From positions 10,552 through 74,551 of the forward strand of contig JBBCAX010000253.1 in NCBI GenBank assembly GCA_051382335.1: a stretch of DNA of 64,000 nt, given 5' to 3'. Below the pieces are notes generated by a model that saw only the letters and a program-made list of their open reading frames with translations, made no database searches and was not told where the DNA came from. Made by a program: the position numbers and the translations under genes. Position 1 is the first letter of the stretch. The number at the start of each line of letters is the position of its first letter. This document shows positions 28,195 to 39,399 of the stretch, in pieces. The DNA is from Deltaproteobacteria bacterium TL4. Its GTDB lineage: Bacteria; SAR324; NAC60-12.

Positions 28195-29550
28195 CTATAA
28201 AAGTTGTAGGACATCATTGAAACTAACCAGTAAGATGAGTCCCATCAGTAAGGAGAATCCTATAATTTGAGTGCGTTCTCTGGATTCCACACTTAAAGGG
28301 GCTCCTTTGATTTTTTCAAGAAGGAGGAAGAAAATGTGCCCACCATCCAAGACAGGAATAGGAAACAGATTGAAAATTCCCAACTGAAGACTGATTGCCG
28401 CAATCAAAAAAAAGAGCTCTGCAATACTGCTTCGAGCCGCCTCACCCAAGACTTTTCCTATACGGATGGGTCCCCCCAATTCGTCCATTGAGCCTTTTCC
28501 TTGAAAGGCTCTTCCTAAAAACTGAAAGGTGCTTCGGGTAATCGCGTAAATTTGCTTCGTCCCCTTTTCTACAGATTCGAAGACACCAGAGGATTCTCTG
28601 GCACTGGCGACTCTCATTCCCAGAAAATAACTCTGCTCTTTCTCTGAGAAATGAGGGGTAATTTCCATAACATGAATCACCCCACTTCGTTCAAACTCAA
28701 GCACCAGGGGCACCGAATTGACTGAAGGGAACTCTGGTTGTGAAAGCGTTGGAGCGTCAGGTGATGTTTGCACAGGGACCGGGGGTTGACTTTGTTGAAC
28801 TAAGGTGGAGATATTACTCCAGTCCTTCACAGGCTGTCCATTAATACTCAAAATCAGATCTCCCTGCTGCACACCAGCCTCCTTTACAGGAGATATTTCC
28901 GAAAATTCGCCAACAAGCGGCAAAATATGGGGCAGCCATCCAAATCCCTGATGTTCTTCCAGGCTCTTGATGTCTCCGTGTAACTCAACTTGTGCCCCCT
29001 GTCGCAAGACCGCAACGGAGAAGGCTTGTTCTTTCTTCAGTTTTGAAATCTCTTCATATAACGTTTTCCATGTGGCGATGTCTTTATCGTTGAACAAAAA
29101 GATTTCATCTCCGGCCTCAAACCCCATTTGAGCGGCATAGCCTTCAGGTTTTACTTCGTATAGTTGAGGTACCTGAGATAAATAAACAGGACCATTGACT
29201 CCAATCATATAAACCAGGGGCATGAATAAAAAGGCAAATAACAGATTCACACCAGGACCGGCGACCAGGATGAAAAATCGCTGTAAAATGGACTTGGAGG
29301 CATAATTAGCGGGATCCTCAGGGTCCTCATCTTTCATATTTTGCCCCCATAATCGCACATAGCCGCCCAAAGGAATCCAGGAGATAATATATTCCGTCTC
29401 TCCTATTTTTTTACCCCACAGCTTTGGAGGAAAACCAATCGAAAACTCCTCCACTTTCACGCCCACGTGACGAGCCGCAAGGTAATGTCCTGCCTCATGA
29501 ATAAATACGAGAAAGCTTAAAACTAAAATAAAGGTTAATATGGTAGTCAT
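28195..29550 (-). CDS. rseP: RIP metalloprotease RseP
   Basis: HEAGH zinc motif, AGP..N, two PDZ domains, NLFPIPVLDGGH. Confidence 0.95.
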   Translation of the reverse strand: MTTILTFILVLSFLVFIHEAGHYLAARHVGVKVEEFSIGFPPKLWGKKIGETEYIISWIPLGGYVRLWGQNMKDEDPEDPANYASKSILQRFFILVAGPGVNLLFAFLFMPLVYMIGVNGPVYLSQVPQLYEVKPEGYAAQMGFEAGDEIFLFNDKDIATWKTLYEEISKLKKEQAFSVAVLRQGAQVELHGDIKSLEEHQGFGWLPHILPLVGEFSEISPVKEAGVQQGDLILSINGQPVKDWSNISTLVQQSQPPVPVQTSPDAPTLSQPEFPSVNSVPLVLEFERSGVIHVMEITPHFSEKEQSYFLGMRVASARESSGVFESVEKGTKQIYAITRSTFQFLGRAFQGKGSMDELGGPIRIGKVLGEAARSSIAELFFLIAAISLQLGIFNLFPIPVLDGGHIFFLLLEKIKGAPLSVESRERTQIIGFSLLMGLILLVSFNDVLQLL

Positions 29551-29553
29551 CTT

Positions 29554-30747
29554 TTACTCTTTTTCAATACGCGTTTGCGCTCGATTACGCCCCCATTGAT
29601 CCGCATCCAGGGCATCTTTGATGGTCTTAATATGCTTTAAATATGCGGGTACTGATTCGGAACACCATTCTACTTTCAGTTCATTCAAAATCGCAGTCAG
29701 TATACCTGAAATTTCAAGAAAAGAAATCTTTCCCTTCAGAAAGGCTGAAACTACTTCTTCGTTGGCACCATTCAGGACGGCGGGGGCTCCCCCTCCCATA
29801 TGAACGGTCTCAATGGCTAATTGCAAACATGGAAATTTTTGCTGAGAAACTTCAGCGAAATGAAGCTTTTGGATTTGTGCTAAATTGAGTTTGGGAAGAT
29901 TCAAGGGCAACCGTTCAGGATAGGCTAAACAATAAGCAATCGGGACTCGCATATCAGGTAAACCTAATTGAGCAATCAAGGAACCATCCACATATTGGAC
30001 CATCGAATGGATGATACTTTCACGGTGAATCAATACCTCAATTTGATCCACAGGGACATCAAACAACCAATGAGCCTCGATCACTTCAAGACCTTTGTTC
30101 ATCATTGTCGCTGAGTCGATAGTGATTTTCGGACCCATCTCCCAATTGGGATGGTTCAAGGCTTCCTCTAAAGTAATTTGAGGAAAATTTTCAAAAGGTT
30201 TATCCCGAAAAGGACCGCCTGACGCGGTCAGGATCAGTTTTTCAACGCTTTGTTTCTGATGCCCCTTTAAAGATTGAAAAATGGCGTTGTGTTCACTGTC
30301 CATCGGTAAAATAGTGGCGTTTTTTTCTTTGGCCACACGCATCATGAGCTCTCCGGCCAACACCATGGTTTCTTTATTTGCCAACGCTAATGTTTTTCGC
30401 ATTTCAAGCGTGGCATAGCTTGAGGGCAAACCTGCGGCACCTACAATTCCCGCGATGACAGTCTCAACATCCTCTAGCTCCGCAATTTGGACCAAACCTT
30501 CCTGCCCCCATAACACTTGAAGTTGGTCTGTTTTCCATTGAGCTTGCAGCGCCTTAGCGGTTTCGGCGGATCCCACACAAACCACCCTTGGATGGAACTC
30601 TCGTATCTGTTCCATCAACTGAGCGACCTGACTGTTGCACGACAGGGCAATCACCTCAAAACACTCAGGATGTTGTCGGAGAATATCGAGGGTATTTGTC
30701 CCAATGGAACCGGTCGAACCCAGAATCGCAAGTCGCTTTTTTTCCAT
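29554..30747 (-). CDS. dxr: 1-deoxy-D-xylulose-5-phosphate reductoisomerase
   Basis: Motifs LGSTGSIG, LANKE, PMDSEH, LTASGGPF and HPNWEMGPKITIDSATMMNK. Confidence 0.96.
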   Translation of the reverse strand: MEKKRLAILGSTGSIGTNTLDILRQHPECFEVIALSCNSQVAQLMEQIREFHPRVVCVGSAETAKALQAQWKTDQLQVLWGQEGLVQIAELEDVETVIAGIVGAAGLPSSYATLEMRKTLALANKETMVLAGELMMRVAKEKNATILPMDSEHNAIFQSLKGHQKQSVEKLILTASGGPFRDKPFENFPQITLEEALNHPNWEMGPKITIDSATMMNKGLEVIEAHWLFDVPVDQIEVLIHRESIIHSMVQYVDGSLIAQLGLPDMRVPIAYCLAYPERLPLNLPKLNLAQIQKLHFAEVSQQKFPCLQLAIETVHMGGGAPAVLNGANEEVVSAFLKGKISFLEISGILTAILNELKVEWCSESVPAYLKHIKTIKDALDADQWGRNRAQTRIEKE

Positions 30748-30895
30748 GTTGGAACTCAGCTTAAGGTCTACTTGAAAGGGATGAAGCATTCATCGAATGA
30801 AATCCTGTTAAAGCCACTTTTTAGCGTTTGCGGTGTTCTTCAGTGCCAATTTTTAAAAACTCCCCACACCACGAACTGAGGCTAACGGTCAAGGC

Positions 30896-31747
30896 TTAAT
30901 GAGCATTGATAATCATCCAGACAATGTAGTAAAAGGCAGGAACCGTGGTGAGCAATCCATCCACACGATCCAGAACCCCTCCGTGTCCCGGAATGATGGT
31001 ACCCGAATCCTTTACGTCACAAAGACGCTTTAATTTGGATTCGATCAAATCGCCCATTTGTCCTATAAGCGCAATGAAGATTGAAATTAAGAAACCTTGC
31101 CACCAGGTTAGTGCCGAAATTGAGGTAAACGCGAAAATCCCGCCAATAACGCCACTACCTATCGCACCACACGCACTCCCTTCAATGGTTTTTTTAGGAC
31201 TGATACTGGGTGCCAAGGGAGTTTTTCCAAAGCGTTTACCTCCGAAATACGCAAAAGAATCACTAACCCATATCGTAATCAACAACAAAAAGACTAAGGC
31301 TGTTCCTTCGGGAAGATCTTTGATCAGAGCAAAATGGTTAAAACTCCATCCAATCCATAAGAGACCGAATAAGTCCAAGCCTAAGACCTGGAGCTCAGAA
31401 ATATCTTTCAACGGCATGAATAACAGTTGATAGAAAAATACAATCAACGCGCTGAATACCAAAGCGCTAGTTAATCCGGAAACTCCGGCGACTAAGGAAC
31501 CGATCCCCATCAACAAGGTACAGCCCATCAAAAGAAGAGGATTCAAATGAATATAGTTTTTGGCGAACATAGTGTTATACTCACTGATTCCCACCAAGGC
31601 AAAAATCAAAGCGGCCACGCCAACAACCGTGGTAGAACCATAGATCAACATTCCTACAACAACCACAGCTAAAGGCACCGCTGTAATGACTCTCGCTGAC
31701 AAATCGGATTTCTTGGGTTCGGGAGTGACTGTTTCATTTTCTGACAT
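30896..31747 (-). CDS. cdsA: Phosphatidate cytidylyltransferase
   Basis: Motifs SPKKTIEG and KDSGTIIPGHGGVLDRVD. Confidence 0.95.
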   Translation of the reverse strand: MSENETVTPEPKKSDLSARVITAVPLAVVVVGMLIYGSTTVVGVAALIFALVGISEYNTMFAKNYIHLNPLLLMGCTLLMGIGSLVAGVSGLTSALVFSALIVFFYQLLFMPLKDISELQVLGLDLFGLLWIGWSFNHFALIKDLPEGTALVFLLLITIWVSDSFAYFGGKRFGKTPLAPSISPKKTIEGSACGAIGSGVIGGIFAFTSISALTWWQGFLISIFIALIGQMGDLIESKLKRLCDVKDSGTIIPGHGGVLDRVDGLLTTVPAFYYIVWMIINAH

Positions 31748-31865
31748 GAGGATCCTTTGCTATTGAAAGATGAAAGTAAAATGAATGATTCAGAACGTTC
31801 ATTAAAGACTTACCTTTGATTTTACTCCTTGCAGGAAAAACCAAGAGTTGCAAATTTTTTCTGCG

Positions 31866-32600
31866 TTATGAAGACTCAATCTCGAGGCCTCCCATTCTTC
31901 GATGACGTTGTTGAAACGAAGACAGTGCCTTATAAAACTCTTCCTGGTTGAAGTCAGGCCATAAAACCTCTGTAAAATAATACTCGGCATAGGCAGACTG
32001 CCATAATAAAAAATTAGAAATTCGATATTCCCCACTGGTACGGATCACAAGATCGGGGTCTGGTAAATCGCCGGTATACATCATTTGTGAAATCAGCGTT
32101 TCATCAATCTGATCCACAGCCAAGTGTTCGTTCTGAACTTTGAGCATTATTTGTTGTACCGCTCTAATAATTTCTGCTCGCCCTCCATAGTTCACGGCAA
32201 GATTTAAAACCATGCCCGTGTTCAAGTGTGTTGATTGTAACGCACGGTCCAGTGGCTCATGGATGAAATCAGGCAGTTTTGTGCGATCTCCAATCAAACG
32301 CAGTTGAATATTATTCTTCAACATGGTTTCTAACTCTTTTTGCAAATATTCGGCGAGTAAATTCATCAAAACAGAAACTTCCTTTTTAGGACGTTTCCAA
32401 TTTTCTGTTGAAAAGGCATAAAGCGTTAAGGCGGTTAAATGAAGCTCCGCGGCCGTTTCCACCGTGATTCTGACGGCCTTAACCGCACTGCGATGACCAT
32501 GAAAGCGAGGCATCACCTGTTTTTGTGCCCAACGACCATTACCATCCATGATGATAGCGACGTGCTTTGGAAGACATGAAAGATCCAGTTGTGCCAACAT
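31866..32600 (-). CDS. uppS: Undecaprenyl diphosphate synthase
   Basis: Motifs HVAIIMDGNGRWA, YAFSTENWKRP and IRTSGEYRISNFLLWQ. Confidence 0.96.
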   Translation of the reverse strand: MLAQLDLSCLPKHVAIIMDGNGRWAQKQVMPRFHGHRSAVKAVRITVETAAELHLTALTLYAFSTENWKRPKKEVSVLMNLLAEYLQKELETMLKNNIQLRLIGDRTKLPDFIHEPLDRALQSTHLNTGMVLNLAVNYGGRAEIIRAVQQIMLKVQNEHLAVDQIDETLISQMMYTGDLPDPDLVIRTSGEYRISNFLLWQSAYAEYYFTEVLWPDFNQEEFYKALSSFQQRHRRMGGLEIESS

Positions 32601-32670
32601 TTTGTTTATTCCTTTTGAGGCTCTTTTGTGATCAAATCTCTGCAAATCCCTCAAAAATCCGAGTCAGATC

Positions 32671-33522
32671 CTAACTTTTGTAATCCAGACTGATGTCCAA
32701 CGAGGGGGAGGAGTGTGTCAGTGCACCAACGGAAATCACATCCACTCCTGTCGCAGCAATTTCGGCAACTCTGTCCAGCGTGACACCTCCCGAGGCTTCA
32801 ATGATGGCCCTTTTATCTATCAATTTTACCGCTTGACGAATCTCATCGCACGACATGTTGTCCAACAGGATCGAGTCAGCGCCAGCGTCAAGCACCTCTT
32901 GAATTTGAGAAAGTGAATCAACTTCAACTTCGATACTGAGGGTGTGAGGTAATCTTTGGCGCAATGTTTTTAAAGCTTCGCTGAGGGAAACACCGTGTTT
33001 TTTTAAAATCGAAAGATGGTTATCCTTCAACATCACCGCATCTGACAAATTATAACGATGATTGATTCCGCCTCCCATACGAACGGCATACTTTTCCAAT
33101 AACCTTAAGCCCGGTGTCGTTTTTCTTGTATCAACAATCCGCACCGTAGCTGAACCTTTTCGAGCTTCCTGAACGAAAAGATAAGTTTTTGTGGCAATAC
33201 CACTCAAACGTTGCAAGAAATTCAGAGCCACTCGTTCTGTTTGTAACAAAGATTGAGCACAGCCTTCAAAAGAGGCCAACACCGTCCCTTGAGTGAGCCA
33301 GGTTCCATCCTGTTGCAACGCCATCCATTTCAGATCGGGATCTAAATAGCGAAAAACCTGTTCAGCGACCGTAAGTCCTGCGACAACACCATCCTGCTTC
33401 AGGAGGATCTCCAACTGGACTTGCCATTTGGCGTTTATGACCGTTTCAGAGGTCACGTCTCCCCAAGCCAGGTCTTCTTCCAGGGAAGTTTTAATGAGTT
33501 GCTGGAGGTGGAAAGCATTCAT
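32671..33522 (-). CDS. nadC: Quinolinate phosphoribosyltransferase
   Basis: Motifs ERVALN, DTRKTTPG, KDNH, EVEVD, LLDNM and EASGG. Confidence 0.96.
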   Translation of the reverse strand: MNAFHLQQLIKTSLEEDLAWGDVTSETVINAKWQVQLEILLKQDGVVAGLTVAEQVFRYLDPDLKWMALQQDGTWLTQGTVLASFEGCAQSLLQTERVALNFLQRLSGIATKTYLFVQEARKGSATVRIVDTRKTTPGLRLLEKYAVRMGGGINHRYNLSDAVMLKDNHLSILKKHGVSLSEALKTLRQRLPHTLSIEVEVDSLSQIQEVLDAGADSILLDNMSCDEIRQAVKLIDKRAIIEASGGVTLDRVAEIAATGVDVISVGALTHSSPSLDISLDYKS

Positions 33523-33558
33523 AACTAGTCTATGGGGCCCTGAATTAAAAGTAATGGA

Positions 33559-35121
33559 TCAATTCGCCTGATCAAAAACGCTTTTGACAGTTGAGGACAT
33601 GAAGGGGTCTACGGCCTTCGGGAAATCTTCTCGAAAGTGAGCTCCCCGACTTTCCTGCCGTTCAAGTGCCGATTCGGCTATTAATCGACCCAGCAAATGC
33701 AAACATTCCAACTCGAATTGCTGTAAACTGGAAGGAGTGGAGGGAAGAGCTCTTCGTTTGGGAAGCCTACGACAAACTTTATTTAAAGAATCCGCATTTC
33801 TGATGATGCCCACATTGTCCCACATCAGTTTTTGAAGCTCTTCCAGTTTCAAACTTTCGGAAAAAGAGTCAGAAGCCGCCGCAGGAATCGGCTCAAAAGA
33901 GTGATCTTCCCGTTGAGGCCATTCAGGGAGTTGGGAAAAATCCTGTTGCAAAACACTGGCGGTTCTTATGGAAAAAACCGCAGCCTCCAGGAGTGAATTG
34001 CTGGCTAACCGGTTTGCACCATGAACGCCAGTTCGCGTTACCTCACCACAGGCATAAAGCCCGGGAACGGAGGTTCGCCCCCAGATGTCTGTTGCCACAC
34101 CTCCCATCATGTAATGGGCCACAGGCGTAATGGGAATCCAATCTTTCCGTATGTCGATATTGAATTGCAGGCACGTGTTGAAAATGGTTGGAAACCGCTT
34201 GGGAAGCATCTCCAAATTCAGTGAAGTGGCATCCAGATAAATGGAGTGCCCTACCTGCTTGGTAGATTCATAGGCAATCGCCCTTGCCACAATATCTCTA
34301 GGGGCCAGCTCTCTCAGAGGATGCGCCTTTTCCATAAAGCGCTCCCCTTTGACATTCCTTAAAATCGCGCCCTCTCCTCTCACTGCTTCAGAAATCAGGA
34401 AATTAGGAGCACCTTCCAAGTTAAGCGCGGTCGGATGGAACTGATAAAATTCCAAGTCCATCAGTTTTGCGCCTGCGCAATAAGCCAACACCATACCATC
34501 TCCGGTCGCGCCGTCAGGGTTGCTGGTGTATTGATAGATTTTCCCGGCACCCCCCGTTGCAATCACCACTTGAGAAGTGAATATCTCAGAAATTTTTTGG
34601 GAAGGCTCATGAAAAAATCGAATTCCTCGTATTTGCTGCTTGTCTCTGATTAACGAGGTAGCCAGACAATGCTCACGGAGCTCAATATTGGGATGATGTA
34701 TGACGCTTTCAACCAGACCTCTTTGGATTTCTGCTCCTGTCGCATCACCCCCCGCATGCAGGATCCGATGGACGCTATGAGAACCTTCCAAACCCAACAA
34801 AAAGCGATTATCATCGCCTTTGTCAAAGCAAACACCCAAGCTGATTAATTGTTCAATCGCATCGTGACTATTGCGAGATAAAACCTCTACCGCCTGAGGG
34901 TCACAAATACCACTGCCCGCGACAGCGGTATCCCTGATATGCAACTCTACAGAGTCGTTATCACCCCATACCGCAGCAATTCCGCCTTGAGACCAACGGG
35001 TGTTGCTATCGAATAGAGTGTTTTTCGTAATGAGTGTGACATGCTGTTTTTCCGCGGCAAGACGAGCTGTCAATAAACCCGCTAAACCGCTTCCGACAAC
35101 AACCAATGTTGGAGATCCCAT
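33559..35121 (-). CDS. nadB: L-aspartate oxidase
   Basis: Motifs GSGLAG, QGGIAA, QFHPT, SEAVRGEG, ELAPRD and GVHGANRLASNSLLE; nad context. Confidence 0.95.
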   Translation of the reverse strand: MGSPTLVVVGSGLAGLLTARLAAEKQHVTLITKNTLFDSNTRWSQGGIAAVWGDNDSVELHIRDTAVAGSGICDPQAVEVLSRNSHDAIEQLISLGVCFDKGDDNRFLLGLEGSHSVHRILHAGGDATGAEIQRGLVESVIHHPNIELREHCLATSLIRDKQQIRGIRFFHEPSQKISEIFTSQVVIATGGAGKIYQYTSNPDGATGDGMVLAYCAGAKLMDLEFYQFHPTALNLEGAPNFLISEAVRGEGAILRNVKGERFMEKAHPLRELAPRDIVARAIAYESTKQVGHSIYLDATSLNLEMLPKRFPTIFNTCLQFNIDIRKDWIPITPVAHYMMGGVATDIWGRTSVPGLYACGEVTRTGVHGANRLASNSLLEAAVFSIRTASVLQQDFSQLPEWPQREDHSFEPIPAAASDSFSESLKLEELQKLMWDNVGIIRNADSLNKVCRRLPKRRALPSTPSSLQQFELECLHLLGRLIAESALERQESRGAHFREDFPKAVDPFMSSTVKSVFDQAN

Positions 35122-35139
35122 ATCTGTTCTCTCAGAACC

Positions 35140-36303
35140 CTAACTGAGTTCAAGCATACGTTCCAAGGCAATCTTCGCAAACCTTGCGGTCTCCTCCGGA
35201 ACTTTAATTTGGTTAACCACACGTCCTTTGAGGAGATTATCTAATACCCAAAGAACATTAGCAGGATGTGTCCGATACATCGTCGAACAAGGACATACGT
35301 TTGTGTTCAAACATTCAATGTGCTTCCCCTCTTTGCGGAATAATTCACGGTGCAAGCGATTAACCAGATTTATTTCCGTTCCCACCACCCAGGAACTTCC
35401 AGGTTCTGAATCTCGGATGATTTGGATTATTTTATTGGTAGACCCATAATAATCAGCGGCGTCCACAACTTCCTCTGCACACTCAGGATGGACGATCACG
35501 TTGACATCGGGGTTACGTTCACGCGCGTTTTTAATTTGCTTTGCGGTGAACCGTGCATGAACAGAACAAAACCCGTTCCATAATAACACACGGGTATCAA
35601 GAAGCTGTCCTTCAGTGAGCCCGCCATCCATCAGGTGTCGATTCCAGAGTCTTATTTGATCCCGGGGCACGCCCATCGCTTTGGCGGTATTTCGGCCCAA
35701 GTGCTGATCGGGAAAAAACAGCACAGGTTTGTTTTGATCAAAGGCCCATTTAAGAATTTTTTCGGCATTGGAGGAAGTACAAACCACCCCCCCATGCTCT
35801 CCGCAAAAGGCTTTTAACTCTGCGGAAGAGTTAATGTACGTGATGGGAACAAAAACATCCTCTCCGCAAATTTCGGACAAAACATCCCAACATTCCGCCA
35901 CAGATTCCCTGTCAGCCATATCGGCCATAGAACAACCAGCGGTGATATTAGGGAGCATGACCTTCTGGCGTGAAGTGGTCAATATGTCGGCACTTTCCGC
36001 CATAAAATGCACACCAGAAAAAATAATGTAGGGAGCCGCTTGTTCAGCCGCGATCTGAGCCAAATTCAGAGAATCTCCGGAAGCATCACCGAAACGAAAA
36101 GTCTCGTCCCGCTGATAGTGATGCGCAAGGATAAAAACGGAGTCCCCTAATTTTGCTTTCGCGTCAAACCCCCGTTCCCAAAGCTCTTCCATAGACATCT
36201 GGTAGTAATGGGGAGGAATGTCATCACACAAAAAGATAGGGAATCCTTCATCTGGAGGACAAGTAGAAGAGAATTCTTTGAGACTGCTTATTTCTTGAAG
36301 CAT
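35140..36303 (-). CDS. nadA: Quinolinate synthase
   Basis: Motifs AHHYQ, GVHFMAE, GCSMAD, YINS, PDQHLG, CSVH and HPEC. Confidence 0.95.
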   Translation of the reverse strand: MLQEISSLKEFSSTCPPDEGFPIFLCDDIPPHYYQMSMEELWERGFDAKAKLGDSVFILAHHYQRDETFRFGDASGDSLNLAQIAAEQAAPYIIFSGVHFMAESADILTTSRQKVMLPNITAGCSMADMADRESVAECWDVLSEICGEDVFVPITYINSSAELKAFCGEHGGVVCTSSNAEKILKWAFDQNKPVLFFPDQHLGRNTAKAMGVPRDQIRLWNRHLMDGGLTEGQLLDTRVLLWNGFCSVHARFTAKQIKNARERNPDVNVIVHPECAEEVVDAADYYGSTNKIIQIIRDSEPGSSWVVGTEINLVNRLHRELFRKEGKHIECLNTNVCPCSTMYRTHPANVLWVLDNLLKGRVVNQIKVPEETARFAKIALERMLELS

Positions 36304-36762
36304 ATTCAAGCACTTGACAAATGGTAAACGCTCATGTGCGCTTTACAGTGATTCATTTAAATTTCGCCAATTAAATCAAAGACAAAAATCAAATATTCAT
36401 TTCGGGACGAATACGATCGATGGTAAAGGGCTTGCTCTTACATGAAAGATTTCAATGAATCCATACAGTATTGCTTCAATCAAAAGATTGGGGGATTTTA
36501 CTGTAGTGTTTGAAGGAATGCAAGATTTTTGTTTGTCTTTTGAAGCTTTCTTTTATTAAATTTTTCTAAACCGCTCAGAACCTTCGTCACAGCTACCGAG
36601 TCTTGGTTGAATTTCTCAATTTCGTGACAGCGACTAATTCTTTCCAAAGTGAAGGTTCTAATTGCCAATACTGAAAGATTATGATAATCGCATAAGATCA
36701 AGGACGTTATAGAGTTACCATGACGCAAAATAATCGATCACGTCTATTTAAGGAGTTGGGCT

Positions 36763-37737
36763 ATGACAGACTCACCTGTCCTCAAGAGTAAAGTTTTGTT
36801 CTATGAAGAAGAGGGAAAGTATATTGAGCAATTAAAAAGTTTTTTTGTTTCCAATAACCTGGTGGGTTTGAGGTTAAAACATTTTGACTCTCTGATTGAT
36901 GTGATTCAAACGAATATCAATCTGGGACTGGTCCTGCTATCGCTCCCGTCAACAGAGTCGAGTCATTTTTTTGAAGTGGTCATACAACTACATAACCTAC
37001 GCCCTGAGTTACCCATCATCATCCGAACGAATGATGCTGAGTTTTTAAAAGACTGCGATCGAAGAACACAAGACGCGATTTCCGCAATTTATCAAGGAGA
37101 AGACCTGGAAACGCTGAAAAAACATGTTGATACACACTTGTTCAACTTGCTCTTTCCTGAGACTTTGATCAAAGGGATTGAAGCCATGTCTGAAGAGACA
37201 CTGAGGATGGTTCTGCAGGGGGTCGAAATTTTTGCGTGTACGCCCTTTTTGATCAAAGACAGTGTTATCTATGGAGAGCTCTTTAGCATGATTCCCTTGG
37301 AAAGTAACTGGTGTCGAGGGTCCATGCTGCTTCAAGTAGAAAAAAAAGCATTTGCGAATTTGATTAAAAATGAAAGGACGCCCTTTTCACATGATGATAC
37401 CAGTTCGAACGCTTTGAATGGATTGCTAGGAGAAATTACCAACATGATTTGGGGTCGCTTTAAATCACAGTTCATCCTCAACGATGGTCAAGAATCCGGT
37501 AAAGTTCTTTCTCAGGTACCCATCATCATTGATCAGGATAACAAATACATTTCTTTTGGTTCAAAGAATCCGCAGCTTTGTTTTCGCTATGTGATCTATG
37601 ACAAAAAAGATATCTTTGAGCCTATTTCGCTTTATCAACGTTTTATTTTCCATCTTCACTGGGCCCCTGAAGATTTCAAAGAACCTGAAACGGTTGATAT
37701 TGATAAACTGATAGCAGGTGAAATAGAGTTTTTTTGA
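36763..37737 (+). CDS. CheX-like phosphatase-domain protein with a degenerate N-terminal receiver-like domain
   Basis: LGEITNMIWGRFK CheC/CheX motif; GGAG RBS. Confidence 0.6.
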   Translation: MTDSPVLKSKVLFYEEEGKYIEQLKSFFVSNNLVGLRLKHFDSLIDVIQTNINLGLVLLSLPSTESSHFFEVVIQLHNLRPELPIIIRTNDAEFLKDCDRRTQDAISAIYQGEDLETLKKHVDTHLFNLLFPETLIKGIEAMSEETLRMVLQGVEIFACTPFLIKDSVIYGELFSMIPLESNWCRGSMLLQVEKKAFANLIKNERTPFSHDDTSSNALNGLLGEITNMIWGRFKSQFILNDGQESGKVLSQVPIIIDQDNKYISFGSKNPQLCFRYVIYDKKDIFEPISLYQRFIFHLHWAPEDFKEPETVDIDKLIAGEIEFF

Positions 37738-37760
37738 TAGCAGGTGAAATAGATTTTTTT
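37709..37760 (+). repeat. 26-bp tandem duplication spanning the stop codon
   Basis: TGATAGCAGGTGAAATAGA(G/T)TTTTTT occurs twice. Confidence 0.85.
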
Positions 37761-37785
37761 TAACACTAATGTTTGAGGAGTTGGT

Positions 37786-39285
37786 ATGTCAGGATTTAAA
37801 GAATACGGAGATTATGATGGTTTGGGATTGGCCGAGTTGGTCAAATTAAAAGTCATCAGTCCTTTGGAATTGGTGGAAGAAGCGATTTCACGGATTGAAA
37901 GCGTCAACCCTAAATTGAACGCAGTCATTACGCCAATGTATGAAGAAGCAAAAAGAATTGCGGAAAGTCCTTTGCCGGAAGGCCCTTTTACAGGAGTTCC
38001 CTTTTTGTTGAAAGATCTTCTTGGTACTTATGCCGGAGTCCGTTTTACCAAAGGCTGCAAAGCCTATGAGCATTATATTCCCAATCACGATGCGGAAATT
38101 GTCAAACGCTTTAAGGCGGCAGGCTTGATTACTCTTGGTAAAACGAACACTCCTGAGTTTGGTTTGATGGGTGTCACCGAACCCAAGCTTTTTGGTCCCA
38201 CCTTAAACCCCTGGAATACCGCACATACGCCTGGAGGTTCAAGTGGCGGAAGTGCGGCGGCTGTGGCGTCAGGAATGGTCCCTATGGCCTCGGCAGGTGA
38301 TGGTGGCGGTTCCATTCGAATCCCTGCTTCATGTTGCGGTATTTTCGGGATCAAACCCAGTCGTGGAAGAACGCCCCTGGGACCGGATCATGGTGAAAGT
38401 TGGCAAGGCGCGGTAGTCGATCATGTCGTCTCAAGAACTGTAAGAGATAGCGCGGCGATGCTTGACGCTGTTTGTGGACCAAGTTCCGGCGATCCCTATT
38501 TAATCAAGCCACCCGCTCATAGTTATATGGCTGAAATTCTAAAACAGCCTGGAAAACTCAAGATTGCTTACTCCACCCAATCCCCTCTGGGCACCCTTGT
38601 GGATCGCGAGTGTGTCAATGCGGTTGAAAAGGCTGTAGATCTTTTAAGAAACTTAGGTCATCACGTTATAGAACAACAACCCGAGTATGATGGCATGGCT
38701 CTCGCGAAAGCCTACTTAATGATCTATTTTGGTGAAGTTGCTGCGGATATTGCTCAAATTGAAAGTGACATCGGAAGACCGGCACGATGTGAAGATGTTG
38801 AAGACGCGACTTGGACGATTGGGTTATTAGGGCGTGCCTATTCAGCAAGAGATTTTGTGATTTCGAAGAGAACCTGGAATGACTTTGCACGTGCCATGGG
38901 AACCTTCCACGAAAAATATGATTTATACTTGACACCTACCTTGGCGGCTCCGCCTGTAAAAACAGGGGAACTCCAACCCAACTTTTTAGAAGCGATGGGA
39001 GCAAAAGTCATTAATAAAATAGAGCTAGGTGGACATATTTTGAAACATACAGGGTTTATTGAACAATTAGCGCATAAAAGTTTTGAAAAACTGCCGTTTA
39101 CACAATTGGCCAACTTAACCGGACAACCGGCTATGTCGGTGCCACTGCATTGGAGTGAGAGCGGATTGCCCTGCGGAGTTCAGTTTATTGCGAAAATGGG
39201 AGATGAGGCGACCTTGTTCCGCTTGGCCGCGCAACTGGAAAAGGCGGCACCCTGGAAAGATCATCGACCGCCAATTCATGCTTAA
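37786..39285 (+). CDS. Amidase-signature family amidase
   Basis: Motifs PFLLKD, GKTNTPE, GGSSGGS and DGGGSIRIPA. Confidence 0.93.
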   Translation: MSGFKEYGDYDGLGLAELVKLKVISPLELVEEAISRIESVNPKLNAVITPMYEEAKRIAESPLPEGPFTGVPFLLKDLLGTYAGVRFTKGCKAYEHYIPNHDAEIVKRFKAAGLITLGKTNTPEFGLMGVTEPKLFGPTLNPWNTAHTPGGSSGGSAAAVASGMVPMASAGDGGGSIRIPASCCGIFGIKPSRGRTPLGPDHGESWQGAVVDHVVSRTVRDSAAMLDAVCGPSSGDPYLIKPPAHSYMAEILKQPGKLKIAYSTQSPLGTLVDRECVNAVEKAVDLLRNLGHHVIEQQPEYDGMALAKAYLMIYFGEVAADIAQIESDIGRPARCEDVEDATWTIGLLGRAYSARDFVISKRTWNDFARAMGTFHEKYDLYLTPTLAAPPVKTGELQPNFLEAMGAKVINKIELGGHILKHTGFIEQLAHKSFEKLPFTQLANLTGQPAMSVPLHWSESGLPCGVQFIAKMGDEATLFRLAAQLEKAAPWKDHRPPIHA

Positions 39286-39399
39286 CCAATCAGGGAAAAG
39301 GGGACAAACGTTCAAGACAAAGTAAGGGGAAATTCTTGAAACCGTTGAAGTTGAGTCCCTTGAATTTGGGAACGCGGCCAGTTCAACGCATAGAAAAAT

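Noticed and set aside
36310..36760. NAD riboswitch or regulator site upstream of nadA
   Set aside because: No motif recognisable by eye; an Infernal/Rfam search would be needed.
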